NCBI RefSeq assembly: GCF_009914755.1
Contig: NC_060938.1
DNA from: the human T2T-CHM13v2.0 reference genome, Homo sapiens
Direction: 5' to 3' (one strand)
DNA length: 64,000 bases
The position numbers and the translations under genes are program-made. Position 1 is the first letter of the stretch. Each line of letters opens with the position of its first letter. This document shows positions 40,749 to 62,174 of this stretch, piece by piece. The notes below the pieces were generated by a model. The model worked only from the letters and a program-made list of their open reading frames with translations. It did no database searches and was not told the origin of the DNA.

Positions 40749-42389
40749 TCAACCAACATGAGCTGTTTGTAATTCCAGAAATAGCCCGGACACTGAGTGG
40801 CCCTACCCCCTCAAAGGATTCCAGGACAGCTCCCACCTTCTTAGAGGGATGTGGAGGGAGAGCCGGCCCTGGGCATGTGACTTCTGTGCCCTCAGCCGCT
40901 GTTGGCTCACTCTGAGGAGGTCCAGCCTCCCTCCCATGGGTCACACAAGCATCTGTCCTCTTCCCCGAGGAGCAAGAACACAGGGAATGTCTACATCGAA
41001 AGGAGGAGCTTTAGGGTTTTGTGCCAGCTTCACTTCATTTCTTCTGCTGTTGGTTCATTCATCTAACAGAATTTATTGAAGTCCTAAGGGGTGGGGACAC
41101 AGAACTGAACTCTCCTGGTCCTGGCCCTGAGGGGCCCCTGCCTGGACGGCTTGAACCCGGGAGGGCCAGGCCCACCTCCCGTGGGGCCCGTTTTCCCCTC
41201 TGGGAGGTGGGCAGCCTCACTCAGAAAAGTGCTTGTAGAGCAGTTTCACCCCTTTGTGAATGAGCTTCGGCAAGCACAGGGGTGAGTCACGGCCTTGGTG
41301 ACACAGAACACATGACTTCGAATTGCCCAGAAGTATGACTGGTGCCCTGGCCTGTGCTTCCCCACCCTGAGGGGGAGGCCACTGTCAGCTCAGAACAAGG
41401 GATCCAAAGATGACCTTTCTTGTTTTCCAAAGACCTGCTGTCAGCTGAGGCCTTTCAAGGCCCTGTATATCCATGGTGAATTCCTGGAAGGCAGCTTGAA
41501 GTAACCACTGAATGGGTTTGGTTTCTTTTTTTTTTTAATTATCTAAGCAAAGCACCTTTCTCCAAAAAGAGCAAATTCACTTGTGGGTCACTTCCTGTGG
41601 GAAGATGGAAAATGTTCTTACTTGGGAGTAGATGGGGAGAGCAGGCCCAGCTCCAATAGCTTGCTGGTGCCACTGAGATTCTTGAGCCTGGAGGATCCTG
41701 GCTGACTTGCTCCAGACCTGGCGGAGGGTCTGTCTCAGTCACGGTTCTCCCCAGCGATGACCGAGAACTGGTCCCAGTTCCTGACATGCTGTGGGTCCAG
41801 TGTGACCCACAATCTGCCTGGCCCATCCCCTCGGCGGGCACACCTCTCCTAGTGTAGGATGAAGCATAAATGGCAGAAACCAGCAGGCGCCGCTTCTGTG
41901 TCCACCGAGTCAGCTGGGATCCATGCAGCTGGTGGCTTGTCGGTGGCAGGCCAAGGCCTGAGTCATGTCCCCGTCACAGCCTTCAGTGGAGGGCTGACCC
42001 ACAGAGGAAATTACACAGCACTCTGTGGCCCATGATGGAGTCAGGGGCTTTTCCAAGGGCATCAACTGGGAAGGCAGAAAGAAGTCATCACCCACGCTGG
42101 AGTCTAAGGCTTGGGGACCCCCACTTACTCCAGGGGAGAAGGCCTGGTGACCTCGGGGACAGCGAGGCCTGTGCAAACCTCTTCCACAGCCCTCCACTGG
42201 CCAGCAGGGTGCCCACAGTCCCGACCCCTCTGTGACAGCGCTGCATGCTCACCGAGCCAGCCTTGCCCCACATGGTTCCTTGGGCTGCAGCCAGAAGTCC
42301 ATCCGCAGCCTTTTACCCAGATCCACACCAGCCCCAACCCTCAGTCAGAAAACACAGCACCTCCAATGGAGCCAGAGGCCACCCCTCTC

Positions 42390-42585
42390 AGATAGCTGTG
42401 TGACTCTGGCAACTAAATTCAACTCTGTGGGCATCAGTCTCTTCATCTGTAAAATGGGTCTTGAACACGGGGCTTCAGTCTCTTCATCTATAAAATGGGT
42501 CTTGAACACCTACCTGACCAACTTGTGGTGAAGATGAAATGAAACTATGCAAAGGCCTGGCATAGAGCCGGCACACAGTGGGTTC
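42390..42585 (+). mobile_element. MIR with an internal 41-bp-period duplication
   Basis: agctgtgtgactctggcaa...cagtctcttcatctgtaaaatggg (x2)...ggcacacagtgg. Confidence 0.75.
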
Positions 42586-43242
42586 TCTGTACATGGTCCT
42601 CGCTCTCAGCCTGCTCTGTTGCAAAATCCAGGTTGGCACTACCCCCCAGGGCTCAGCCCTCAGCGTTATCCCTTTCCTTCCCCATACCCAGTCTCCCAAC
42701 CCTTCGTGCAAGTGTGTGGTGGAGGAGACCGAAGCTCCACATCCAAATGGAGGGGTTGACTCCTCTGTAGTGAGGGGTCAGCCTAGCTTGAGTCACTGGG
42801 AGACTGTCTTCCAGCCTCCCCTTGCCCACCCCAGACCTGACATCCCAGGGCCACCCTGCAGGGAGCCTGAGGTGGAGGGGCCTGGCTACCTGTCTGCAAA
42901 TGTGGAGCCGGGGGAGGTTGGTTGGCAGAAAGGAGGGAGAAGTGACGAGGCGCCCCAGGCCCTGTGCCTGGAGTCAGAAGGGCCAGCTCTGGGAGAACCT
43001 TCACCCTCGTGGAGACTTTGCCTCAGAATGTTTGCCTGGAACCCAGCCCACCAGGGCTGACACCTGAGGCTGAGGCTGCCCTGTCATGCCCCTTCCACAC
43101 CAGGGGCTCTGTGCTGGGATTGCTGTGGCCAGTTACGGGGAGGCCTGCAAGTTTGGGCAGCCGAGGTCATGCCTCTCAAAGAGGAGCCGGATGAATATAT
43201 CAAGTAAATGTGCATTTCAGCTTGTGGTAGGGCCAGACACAG

Positions 43243-43243
<1 letters not shown>

Positions 43244-43284
<41 letters not shown>
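43244..43284. repeat. (TG)20 microsatellite
   Basis: Perfect run. Confidence 0.98.
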
Positions 43285-43286
<2 letters not shown>

Positions 43287-44649
43287 GGGGAGCAACATTC
43301 ACTGTGCACCTACCATGTGGCAAGCTAGTGCTAGGCCCTGTACTTGTACTATTTCATTTAATGAGTTTAATTTGCATGGCTGCTTCTGTGGCATTCCAGA
43401 GTGGCTTTTCACACTTTCTTTGGCTGGGGTGGGGGTGGGGAGAACTGTATTTCTATTTTTATCTTCCCATGGTGGGGTGCTCTGCTCATGGGGCCCCTTA
43501 TCTCCCCCGGCACTTTCCCCTACATCCGGCTGCAACTAGAAGCTTTCGGTATGCAAAGGGAACTTGCAGCTTCACAACAGCCCCCTCACCCGCCTCCTCC
43601 CAGCCCTGCATGGGGGTCAGGCCACCTCTTCCCCAGGAGGACCCTTCTTCTCTTCTGGGCTGGATGGAGGCAGGATCTGTGCTTCTCCCTCAAACCTGGG
43701 AACCAACTGGGAGGGACATCTTCTCCTTTCACCCTCTTGCCCCAGCAGCTCAGGGGTTCATTTGGATGAATGGGCCCTGCCTGTAGCAGCCTGGCATGGG
43801 GGCAAACCAGGACTCCACATGGCTGAGGAGCTCCCCGGGCCCCTGCACTCCATTGGGTTGACTTATTTTAACCCATTGCACTCCCAGCTGAGCTTTAGAG
43901 GGCGAGGTTTGGGGTTAGTGGGTAGCCTTGGGGTTGGAGGTGCAGTCCCGCATAGTGACTTGACATCTAGGAAGAGCTCATTGTTCTGAATGTGATCTTT
44001 ACAACCACCCTGAGGCTGGTCCCTAAAGCTATGCTCTGGAAATGAGTCCAAGTGTCCCCAGTCTGTTTTCCTCATTCCTCTGCTTACAAACAAAGGTGCA
44101 CTTTTACTTGGTAGGTACAGTTGTGGGTAGTTTATTTGATTTTGCAAAAGCAAAACTCTTTGTAATATTTTATGATGTTGGGATGCGAAGTGCGTTTATT
44201 CTCATTTCTTTTTCTTTTGTTTCTCCCCTCACCCCAGAGAGGTGAATAGTCTCATTTTTAAGCAATGTGCAGATACTGGTGCCTTTCTTCAGCTGGAACT
44301 GTGTACAAAAGTGGCCCGGAGAAGGATCAATGACAGGCAGCTTAAATTTCTAAGGGGTGTCAGGGTGGAACGTGTGATTCAGAGCTTGCACCCACTCCAG
44401 GGGCTTTCCTGGACAGAGGGGCTGGGCTGCCCAGGCCTCCTGGGTGACCGCGGGGGCAGGAGAGCAAATGCCTGGGGACGCCCTCCCAGACTCTGCCAGA
44501 AAGAAGCCCGCAAACCCAGCGAGGGGCAGGGCGGCTGGGGTGAGATTTTTTAACTCTTGAGATATCGGAATACAGCTATTTTTCATACGGTTATCTCTAA
44601 ATTGCAAAGACAAAAGAAAACCACTTAAACATCAGCTAGCTGTGCCAGA

Positions 44650-45062
44650 CATTTGTCCCTCTGGCCACGTCTTGGGGACAGCGGCGCTGCGGCTCTGGCC
44701 CGTGGGATCCTGGTTGGGCTCAGCCCCGGGGAAAACGCTGCAGAGATGGGCGGCGGAGGGTGAGCCGAGGTCCGGGTTTATTTCCTGGACTCCCTGCGGG
44801 CTCTTCACTGGCGTTGCGGGGTCACCTGAGGGCTGCACTGCGCTCGCGCTGCTGCTCCTCTTTCCTTCTCTCACTGGGTCGCTTCTGGGTTCAGGCAGGG
44901 TCCGGGCAGCTGTCGCGCGCCCGGGTTCCAGCACTAACCCTCGTGGCTGCCCCACGCTGGGCCCTGGCCTTTGTAAACGGTTCCTTTATTAAACTCTCTC
45001 CAAATACCCACGGCATGCGTGTGACAGCGGACTCCTTCCTGCCCGTCACACCGGCGATGTGC
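44650..45062 (+). mobile_element. LTR33-like ERVL LTR forming the CpG-island core
   Basis: cctggttgggctcagcc...gcagagatgggcggcggagggtgagccgaggtccgggtttatttcctggactccctgc and ctttgtaaacggttcctttattaaactctctccaaatacc resemble the recalled LTR33 and the copy at 23040-23490. Confidence 0.5.
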
Positions 45063-45450
45063 ACAAAAAGTATCTCAGACCCTCTCCTCACCCCACCTGA
45101 TCCCGTCAAAAAGGCCTCCATGAACGCCACCCTCCATGCTGGGGTCTCGGGGCCTGCAAGATCCCAGCTCAGTGGATTTGAAGGAACTGATGGGCCTGGA
45201 GTCTGGCAGTGTGAATGAATACATTCTGGGAGCAGGCCCCGCCGCAAACTCCCGTTTCAGACCTATGGATGTGCCAAGCACACTCCTCCCCAGGTGGGGC
45301 CTCCGGAGGCACCGGGGATCATATGTCCATCATGGATCCGACTGAGACCACCGCTGTACCAAGCCGGGTGCGGGGGCACCTGGGCATACAGGGCCCTGCA
45401 GGTGCGGCCGGGCTGCGGGGAGGCCCCTCCTTCCGCACCAGCTCCACCCG

Positions 45451-45515
45451 TGGTAGGGCAGGGATGACACTTCTCAGCTCCTGGTAGGGCAGGGATGACA
45501 CTTCTCAGCTCCTGG
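45451..45515. repeat. Perfect 31-bp tandem duplication
   Basis: TGGTAGGGCAGGGATGACACTTCTCAGCTCC at 45451-45481 and 45482-45512. Confidence 0.97.
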
Positions 45516-46151
45516 GCCAGACGCCAATAAGCGGACCCAGGGGCCACACCCAGTCCTAGAAGGAAAAGGGGCGGCCGGAGGTCGGGGCTCACTAGGAGAT
45601 GCTGCCTTTTCTGGCACACACCGCCCCGGGATGCTGACAGCCAGTCAGCTTTCGGAGAAACAGGAAACGGTCTCAGACTGGTCCACGCTTGGCACTCATG
45701 TTTTTTTCCAGGTCTAGAGAGCAGCAAGAAACGCATCCTGTTACCGTAATATGAGTCAGATGAATCCTGTTGTGTCCTCCAGGTGTCCAGATGTACAGCC
45801 CGGGTTGGGGCGGGGACTGCAACGCAAAGGAAGCTAGACTTTGCAAGCTAGAGGAGAGGTTGGGGAGCTTCTGACCAGTTCTCTAATCACCTGAATTTCA
45901 CAGACCAGGAAGGGGCCTGGGAGTTGGAGCTTGCTCATGAGTTGCAGAGCCGGAGCAGAACCCAGGAATCCCAGCTTGGTGCAGCGCCCTTCCCTCTAAC
46001 CCTGCTCTCTTGGCACTCAGCGTTCTCTGAGCAGCTTTTCTAAACCCTTTGCCAAAAGCCTGGAGTCTCAGACCAAAGAGGCTTAGTTGAAAACTGGTTT
46101 TTCAGAATCCTTGGCATATTAAGAAAAGTAAATGCCACCTCCTCCTGAAGC

Positions 46152-46885
46152 TGACACTGCCTTTGCAAAAAATTTAACAGTGAGGATGAGGAAATGATGA
46201 CAGTGAAAGGGATCTGACTTAACCAACTCCATCCTGCCTTTAACCTCCAAAGTGCCCCTGGTCATTCTTAGGTGTGAGCCAAGCTAACGCTGGGAGAAAT
46301 TTAGTTTATAGTTTAAATGATAATAGCTCTTCTACAAAATTAAACCACTTTTGTAAAATGAATGAAAGGCCACCAGGTTAGGACGATGAGAGGGGCTTGA
46401 GCTCTGCTAAGATGTACACATAGTTCAATGATTACCAGCCATTATTCCAGAAGTCACAAGATTTGTAACTTCTCCAATTACTTTCTTATATCACATACAT
46501 CGCTATTGTAGAACCTGAGACTGGCCTTCTGAGATGGCTTTTCAGCCGTTTGCATTTCTGAAGACCAGGCCTCTTGACCCAACTTTTGTGTGCCCCACAC
46601 CCAGAAATGGACTCAGTGCAAGAGGACCATTTTCCACACCACTATGATCGCATCCCCAGCCATTCAGCAATACTGACTCCCTCGCCCCCTGCCCACCAAG
46701 CTATACTTGAAAAACCCTAGCCTCCGAATTTTCAGAGAGGCTGATTTAGTAATAATAAAATTGTGGTCTCTTATTTAGTCAGCTCTTGGTATATTAAACT
46801 CTTTCTCTATTGCAGTTCCCCTGTCTTGATAAATTGGCTCTATCTGGGCAGCAGGCAAGAAGAACCTGTTGGACAGTTAGTTACA
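46152..46885 (+). mobile_element. Solo ERV1 LTR (LTR8A/LTR8B-like)
   Basis: TG...CA ends, 4-bp TSD AAGC, gcctttgcaaaa...gacagtgaaagggatctgac...gggagaaatttagtttatagttt; ATTAAA near the 3' end. Confidence 0.85.
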
Positions 46886-47324
46886 AAGCCCTCCCATAGG
46901 AGGGCACTCCTATGGGAGTGGTGACCGTTCCCTTTTCTGAGATTCCATCTCTTGGGATCTTCCAAAGTAGGGTAGAAATATAGATATCAATCCACACTGA
47001 CTATGTGATGCCAGTGTTCTTTCTTCCTGCACAGCACACAGCTTCCTGAGCAACTTTCCACCTCCCCATTCATGCCTAACTTGAAAAGTGTGTGCTGAAT
47101 GTGGAGGGACAGTCATTCTAGGGCAGAAGCCATGGAAATCCAAGGACTGGACTGAAGAAGATCTAGATGCCGCATCTCTAGGCTATCCGTCTAGGCTATC
47201 CGGCTGAGACAAGGCCTTCTGCAGCCCAGGTGGTTTGGGGGATGGGGGTGGGGGGTGTTGACTCCGATTAGTGGGACCAACTGGGATTATTTTCTAAAAT
47301 GGGGCAGATAAAAGATCTTCATAG

Positions 47325-47646
<322 letters not shown>

Positions 47647-47669
47647 TAACTAATATTAATGGTCACATT

Positions 47670-47830
47670 ATTGAGAGCTTATCATGGGTCAAGTGTTTGG
47701 GTTACTTCTTTCCATACCACAGGTAGGAACTACAAAATCCTTCAATTGAAAGGTAAGCAAATTGAGGCACAGAAAGGTTAGGAGATGTGCTCAAGGTCCC
47801 ACAGTTGGCAGGCAGTGAGGCCAGGAGGCC
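47670..47830 (-). mobile_element. MIR
   Basis: aaattgaggcacagaaaggttaggagatgtgctcaaggtcccacagttgg. Confidence 0.7.
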
Positions 47831-48181
47831 ACCATGAACCACTGCGTTCTATTGCCTTCCCAGAAGTGACTCCATGGTGGCCTCCCTCCCTTGATGGAGT
47901 ATCAGGAGGTCCTCTGAGCAGGGACTCACACAGCCTGCCCAGGCAAACCGGGCCCCAAGAGCAAGGAAGTTTTTCTTGGTTATTCACAGTGAGGACTCCA
48001 ACAGTGAACTGTTAGAAGGCCTTGCTCAGACCAGATCCTTGGCTGCCAGTGGGCAAGAGGAGACCATAAGGAATGCGTCCAGCTGGACCCTGGGCCCACC
48101 CCTGTTGCTGCCTGCTGGAGGGTGGGTCATGGAATTCTCACCAGGAGCTTGGTTGTTCAGACTGCACAACAATGAGGCTGG

Positions 48182-50076
<1,895 letters not shown>

Positions 50077-50129
50077 TAATCAAGGAAAAATGAATATAAA
50101 AGGAGGCTTGGGAAATCTAGGAAGCTCAT

Positions 50130-50210
50130 TACAGGAATTCCTCATAGAGGTGACTCAGCACTTCATTTCACAAGGAGGACCAGAAGTGTCGCAAACACAG
50201 TGTTCTTCCC
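50130..50210. promoter_or_regulatory. ARE/NF-E2 motif plus a steroid-receptor-like element
   Basis: GTGACTCAGCA at 50150-50160; CAAACAcagTGTTCT at 50192-50206. Confidence 0.35.
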
Positions 50211-50586
50211 TTTAAAGAGTCAGATCGAACCAAGATCTCCCTGCGTAACTCTCTCTGCAGGAGACCCGGGCTCAGTTACAAAAGACTCTGGGTTGGCAGA
50301 AACAGTGCTCCCACTTTTTCAGAAGTGATTGGGTCTGGAATGGCTGAATTACATGATGTGCTTCTGCGAGAGGATGGCAGACTAGCTGGGGCCAGGTAGC
50401 CAGGGCTACCTGAAACACCAGGAAATAACTATTAGTTCATCTCATGAACCAGACACAATAGTGCTAACAGAAAATTTGCCTCTAAATAGGTCATAAAATC
50501 CCAGCCAAACTTTCGCACACAGCATGATCAATGGCATCCTAGTTTTTTATTAATATTCATTATTAATTTAATATTGATATTATTAA

Positions 50587-51389
<803 letters not shown>

Positions 51390-51651
51390 CTAATTTCACG
51401 CACAGCTCACATATGGTATATTTCAGCCAGCGAGAGCTCAACTAACTGCAGAACATCCAGCACTGCATGTCATATCGTGTCACCCACTTGCTGAGGGCAA
51501 GCCCAGCATGGTTTGGTCTGAAGCTGACTTGAAGAGCTGAGAGTTCAAGACTTGTCACTGGGTCCCAAAAAGGCCCTGTGAGCCTGGAGGCAGAGCCCAG
51601 TCCTGTCTCAACCACCAGGCTCAGGACTGGGGGCTTTCCCGAGGATAGAGT

Positions 51652-51657
51652 CACACG

Positions 51658-51691
<34 letters not shown>
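51652..51691. repeat. (CA)n(CG)5(CA)n compound microsatellite
   Basis: cacacgcgcgcgcgcacacacac... Confidence 0.97.
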
Positions 51692-52127
51692 TTCATTCTG
51701 TTTGATGGTGGAGCTCCTTCCTTATGGAGAGACACTTTTCAATAAAAAGAACATATAGGTTGCTTCTCCTGCAAGCTGCACTGGCCTTCCGCTAGCCCCA
51801 GAACCTCTCCTATCCAGGCAGTCCCTCTCTGGGCTGGGAGTCACCAGCACTGTTCTTAAGAGCTCCCTGGCATTACTTTTCCCAATGACTGGAAGTTCTT
51901 GATAGCAGGAGCTATGACTGGCTTTTTGAAGTTTCTTACAGCACTTTTAAAGAAATATATACTTTAAAAAGTAACCCAATGAGCAGCAGGCACTTTATTT
52001 AATTTTAAAGTAGCTTCTGATCCTGGTTTGTGGTATAGGCATGCATTTTACAAAGTCTCGATTACGATGAACATCTTCCTTTGTATTTTAATTTCTGCCT
52101 TAGCATCCTACTGCGTCCACATTCCCA

Positions 52128-57028
<4,901 letters not shown>

Positions 57029-57275
57029 TTAAATACATAAGACGCTCTATAATCAACATTATCTCTAATACCTATATCTAATACCTATCTCTAATCTATA
57101 ATCAACATTATCTCTAAAAATGGAAGTGGAAATAAAATATCTAATAGAGAAGTGATCAGATAAATTACTAAATTCACTTGGCTGTTATGCAGCCATTAAG
57201 ACTTATGCTTAAATAACTCTTATAATATGGAAACTACTTATATTATAATGTTACATATAAAAATGTATGCAGTGA

Positions 57276-57996
<721 letters not shown>

Positions 57997-58125
57997 TCAT
58001 TTTATATTTTTCAAATTTATGTTCAAATGTTCTCCAAAAGATCAGCATGACTGAAGATGTTGGATGAGGAGGAGAGAGCTGCAGGGAAGGGTGAAAGAGA
58101 GGGTAGATTTATAACCTAGAACACA

Positions 58126-58754
<629 letters not shown>

Positions 58755-59849
58755 TCAAAAAAAGGCAGGCCATGAGGGAGACGGAAGGTGGGAAGGAAGC
58801 CGTGTAATTGGGCATGGATGTGACATTTCCAATAGAAATACTGAAAATGAGTCTTGAGTCATGCAAATATTCATTCAAAAATATTTCTCGAGCACCTAAT
58901 TGGGAACACAGAGCAGAAAAGACACAGGTTCTGTCCTTTGAGGAGAGATGCCACACGGCTGACAGAAGACTGGCCACTGCATAGCCTGCGGATCGCCTGG
59001 AGGGTGCTGAGCAGGAAAAGCGAAGGCCTGTAATGGCGCCTGGAGCCCGATGACTCTTGTCAATGGGACGAAAACCAACACTGCCAAAGGCTGCACCAGG
59101 AACTGGTTGTGGAGGCATAGGTGTGTAAAAGAAGCTGGAATGGATTGGAAAGCGACACACCAAATTCAGGAAAAGTGCTACCTGCAAAAATGGGAGGGGA
59201 AAGGAATGGAACCAGGAGTGGTCATTAAAAGGGAAAAAGGATTGCAAGCAAATGGCACAAAATGTGATATTTCTGGGGGGAATAAATGCATTGGTTGAGA
59301 TATGTACAAACGTGGTGGGATCAAGGAGAAGGAGCACTTAGAAACCTGAGGAGGGAGATAGGGGACCTGCAGGCTGAGGAGGGGTTGGCCAGCCCCAGTG
59401 GGACAAGATGGCTGGTGGATGGGGTTCAGAGGACTTTCAGGCAGAAGCACCCCAAAAGTAAGTTTGTGTCTGCTGTGGGAAAGACTGTGGCAAGCAGGTG
59501 TGGCAGATGCATGAAAGGCCTGGGCACCCTGGAAGGACATCAGGCTTCATGCTGAGGGAGATGGGAAGCTTGTTGTGGGACAGTATGAAGGGTAAACTGA
59601 GGGAGGGAGGGGCCTACAGAGCCAGGACCTTCCTCAAGAGCCCTGGAAGCTTGGAGGCCAACACACCCAGCTGCCGTCTGCAGCGGCATTGGATGCAGCA
59701 CAAATGGGGGAGAAGCCCTGGGGAGCAGTTTCAGGAGAGGAAGAGGGTGGGGAAAGGGCTCAGCAAGTTGGGGAACCAGTGGAATGGTGACAAGGCCAGG
59801 TGGAGGCTGGCTGTATTTTGGGGGCATCCAGTGCCCCATCCTAAGAGCA

Positions 59850-60245
59850 CCCTGACCTCCTTGGAGGAGATCGCCTTATGCCCGCTTCCCTCAAGGAGGG
59901 CCAAAGGGGTCATATCCTTCCCAGCCAGCCCCAACCTGGGACAGGAATGTGGCGTCCCCTGGCCAATTGGTTGTTCTTGCCTAGGGCTTTGGCTCCTGAG
60001 TGAGTGAGATGAGGACACTGGTGGTAAGAGGTCCTTTATAAAAGCAGGTGCGGCAGCAGTGGCTGTGGCCCCGGGGTCCTGGCCGAGACTGGCTGACTGG
60101 CTTCCGTCCCCAGAGCCCTCACTTCCTGATTTTCCCAAGCCTGGTTTCCCCCTGTCTATTGTCCATTCTGTGAGCTCTCCCCACTGTGGACTTCCATTAA
60201 ATTCCCCGCTGCTTAAACTAGCCAGAGTCAGTTTCCTGCTCCCAG
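59850..60245 (+). mobile_element. Ancient ERVL LTR (LTR16/LTR41-like)
   Basis: ggccaattgg...tataaaag...ccaagcctggtt...attaaattcccc...gcttaaactagccagagtcagtttc resembles ERVL LTR 3' ends. Confidence 0.45.
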
Positions 60246-61384
60246 ACACAAGCATGGGCCTGAGTCAGCCGCTCAACTGACGTCCGTGGAGTCAGCTGGA
60301 GTCTCTGCAGTTTGCTCCTCACAGTGCATCTTGAACCTGATTCATTCCCCTGACCTCTCTCCAGATCTGCATTTTCTCACTCCTGGGCAGCTGCAGCTGC
60401 TTCCAGCCTGGGCTTCCTCCCAGCTCTCTACATCCTAAGTTCTCTTAAGTATCACTGCTGGACTTTGGTCCTGCAGACACCCCTGCTCAAGAAGTTCATG
60501 TGGCTCCCGCCGCCCAGTGGTCAAGTCCAGCGTCCATAGCCTTCTGTAGCCCGGCCCTGCCCCCTGCCCCGTGACTGGAGAAGCCCTGTGTTCTTGAGGG
60601 GCTCCAGGCGGGTCACCTTGCAGCCTTCTCCCAATGGAAAGCCTGTCCTAACCTTAGTGAGAGTTCAGGGTTGGGGGTTGGCTCTCTGGATCTGCGTCAG
60701 TGCTCCAAGCAACTGCCTTAGTGGGGCAGTCACTGACCCCCCTGGAGTTGCTGCCATCTACAGAAGGCATGGGCTGGGTCAGGTGGCCGCTGGCCGTTCC
60801 TCACAGCGGAACGGATGCTCTGCAAAGGCCCTCCTGACTTTTGTTCACTTCGTCCCTTTGTGAGGCCCCAGCCCTGGCAGAGGTCATGGAGGGACCATCC
60901 AAAGGCCCCGCCTTCTCCACCTTCATCATTGCAATCCCATGAGCCAGGTGGGCACAGGTGGCTTGCACTGTGGAACCTCAGGAAAAAGGAGACAGGCATT
61001 GATGCCAGCCCCACAGAGGCACAGAGCTCTTCCTTGGCGCCTGCTGTGTGGACAAAGGCCTGGCCAGTGTGCGGAGTCTGGGGTTCTGTGATGCCACAGG
61101 CCCTGCCTCTGTGTGAGCTGCTGCCTGCAGGGCCTCCCTCACCCTGCAGCCTCATCACCTCCTGACCATTGCAGGCAACCGACCAAGCTCTCGTGTGAGG
61201 TGGGCACCCCCTGGGCTGTCTCTCCAGCTTACAAGAATGGCCCCCTTTCAAGTCATTGCCTTGAGCTGTCTAGACCCATCCAGGCAGGGTTTTAGCACAA
61301 GGCTCTCAGGAGTTAAACATGCCATGAAACATGCCCCACTTCCCAGGATATAATTAGACCAGAGTCCTCTCCCTGGGAGTGTGT

Positions 61385-61442
61385 GCGTGTCAGAGAGAGA
61401 CAAAGAGAAAGAGAGGGAGGGAGGAAGGGAGGGAGGGAGGCG
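61385..61442. repeat. GA/GGGA-rich purine tract
   Basis: gagagaga...gagggagggaggaagggagggagggagg. Confidence 0.9.
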
Positions 61443-61850
61443 GAGATTGGCTGAGGGCCTGTCTCTGGTTCGGGGCCTGTCACCCATGAGCAGCTTGGCT
61501 CCCCGCTGAGTTCCCTCGCCTCTTGCCATTGGCAAGACACACGGAGGAAGGCTCCTGCAGAGAAGACAGACAGGCAAAGCTCCTCAGAGGGGAGCTGGCC
61601 AGGAGGCCCAGGCCTCACCCACCCCGTCACTGTCCTGGCTCTGAGGCCATCCTCACCCCTTGCTGCAGGGGCTTACCCATCTCCACTGGGTTAGGCTGTG
61701 TGCCCGACTGGCCTTTTTCCTCTGGGTATTTGGGGCATGCTCACCTGTGGACTAATGTTTTTGAGAACAAATTTTAAATGTTAATAGCCTTATTTTTTTT
61801 TTCTGATAAAGTAATAGAGGAAAACATTAAAAAGAGAGTAAATCTCCCTG

Positions 61851-62174
<324 letters not shown>

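Larger units (their letters stand above)
44640..45640. promoter_or_regulatory. CpG-island-like region (candidate promoter/enhancer)
   Basis: Hand count gives about 30 CpG in 44660-45060 and about 55 across the kilobase, the densest CpG outside Alus in the window; kB-like GGGGCTTTCC at 44400-44409 and TGAGTCA at 45752-45758 flank it. Confidence 0.65.

Noticed and set aside
44760-45218. 152-aa ORF in the CpG-rich region
   Set aside because: Starts at GTG, overlaps an LTR-like element and has no recognisable homology; GC-rich DNA is stop-poor.
45451-45515. CRISPR-like direct repeat (31 bp)
   Set aside because: Two adjacent copies with no spacer and no cas genes, in primate DNA.
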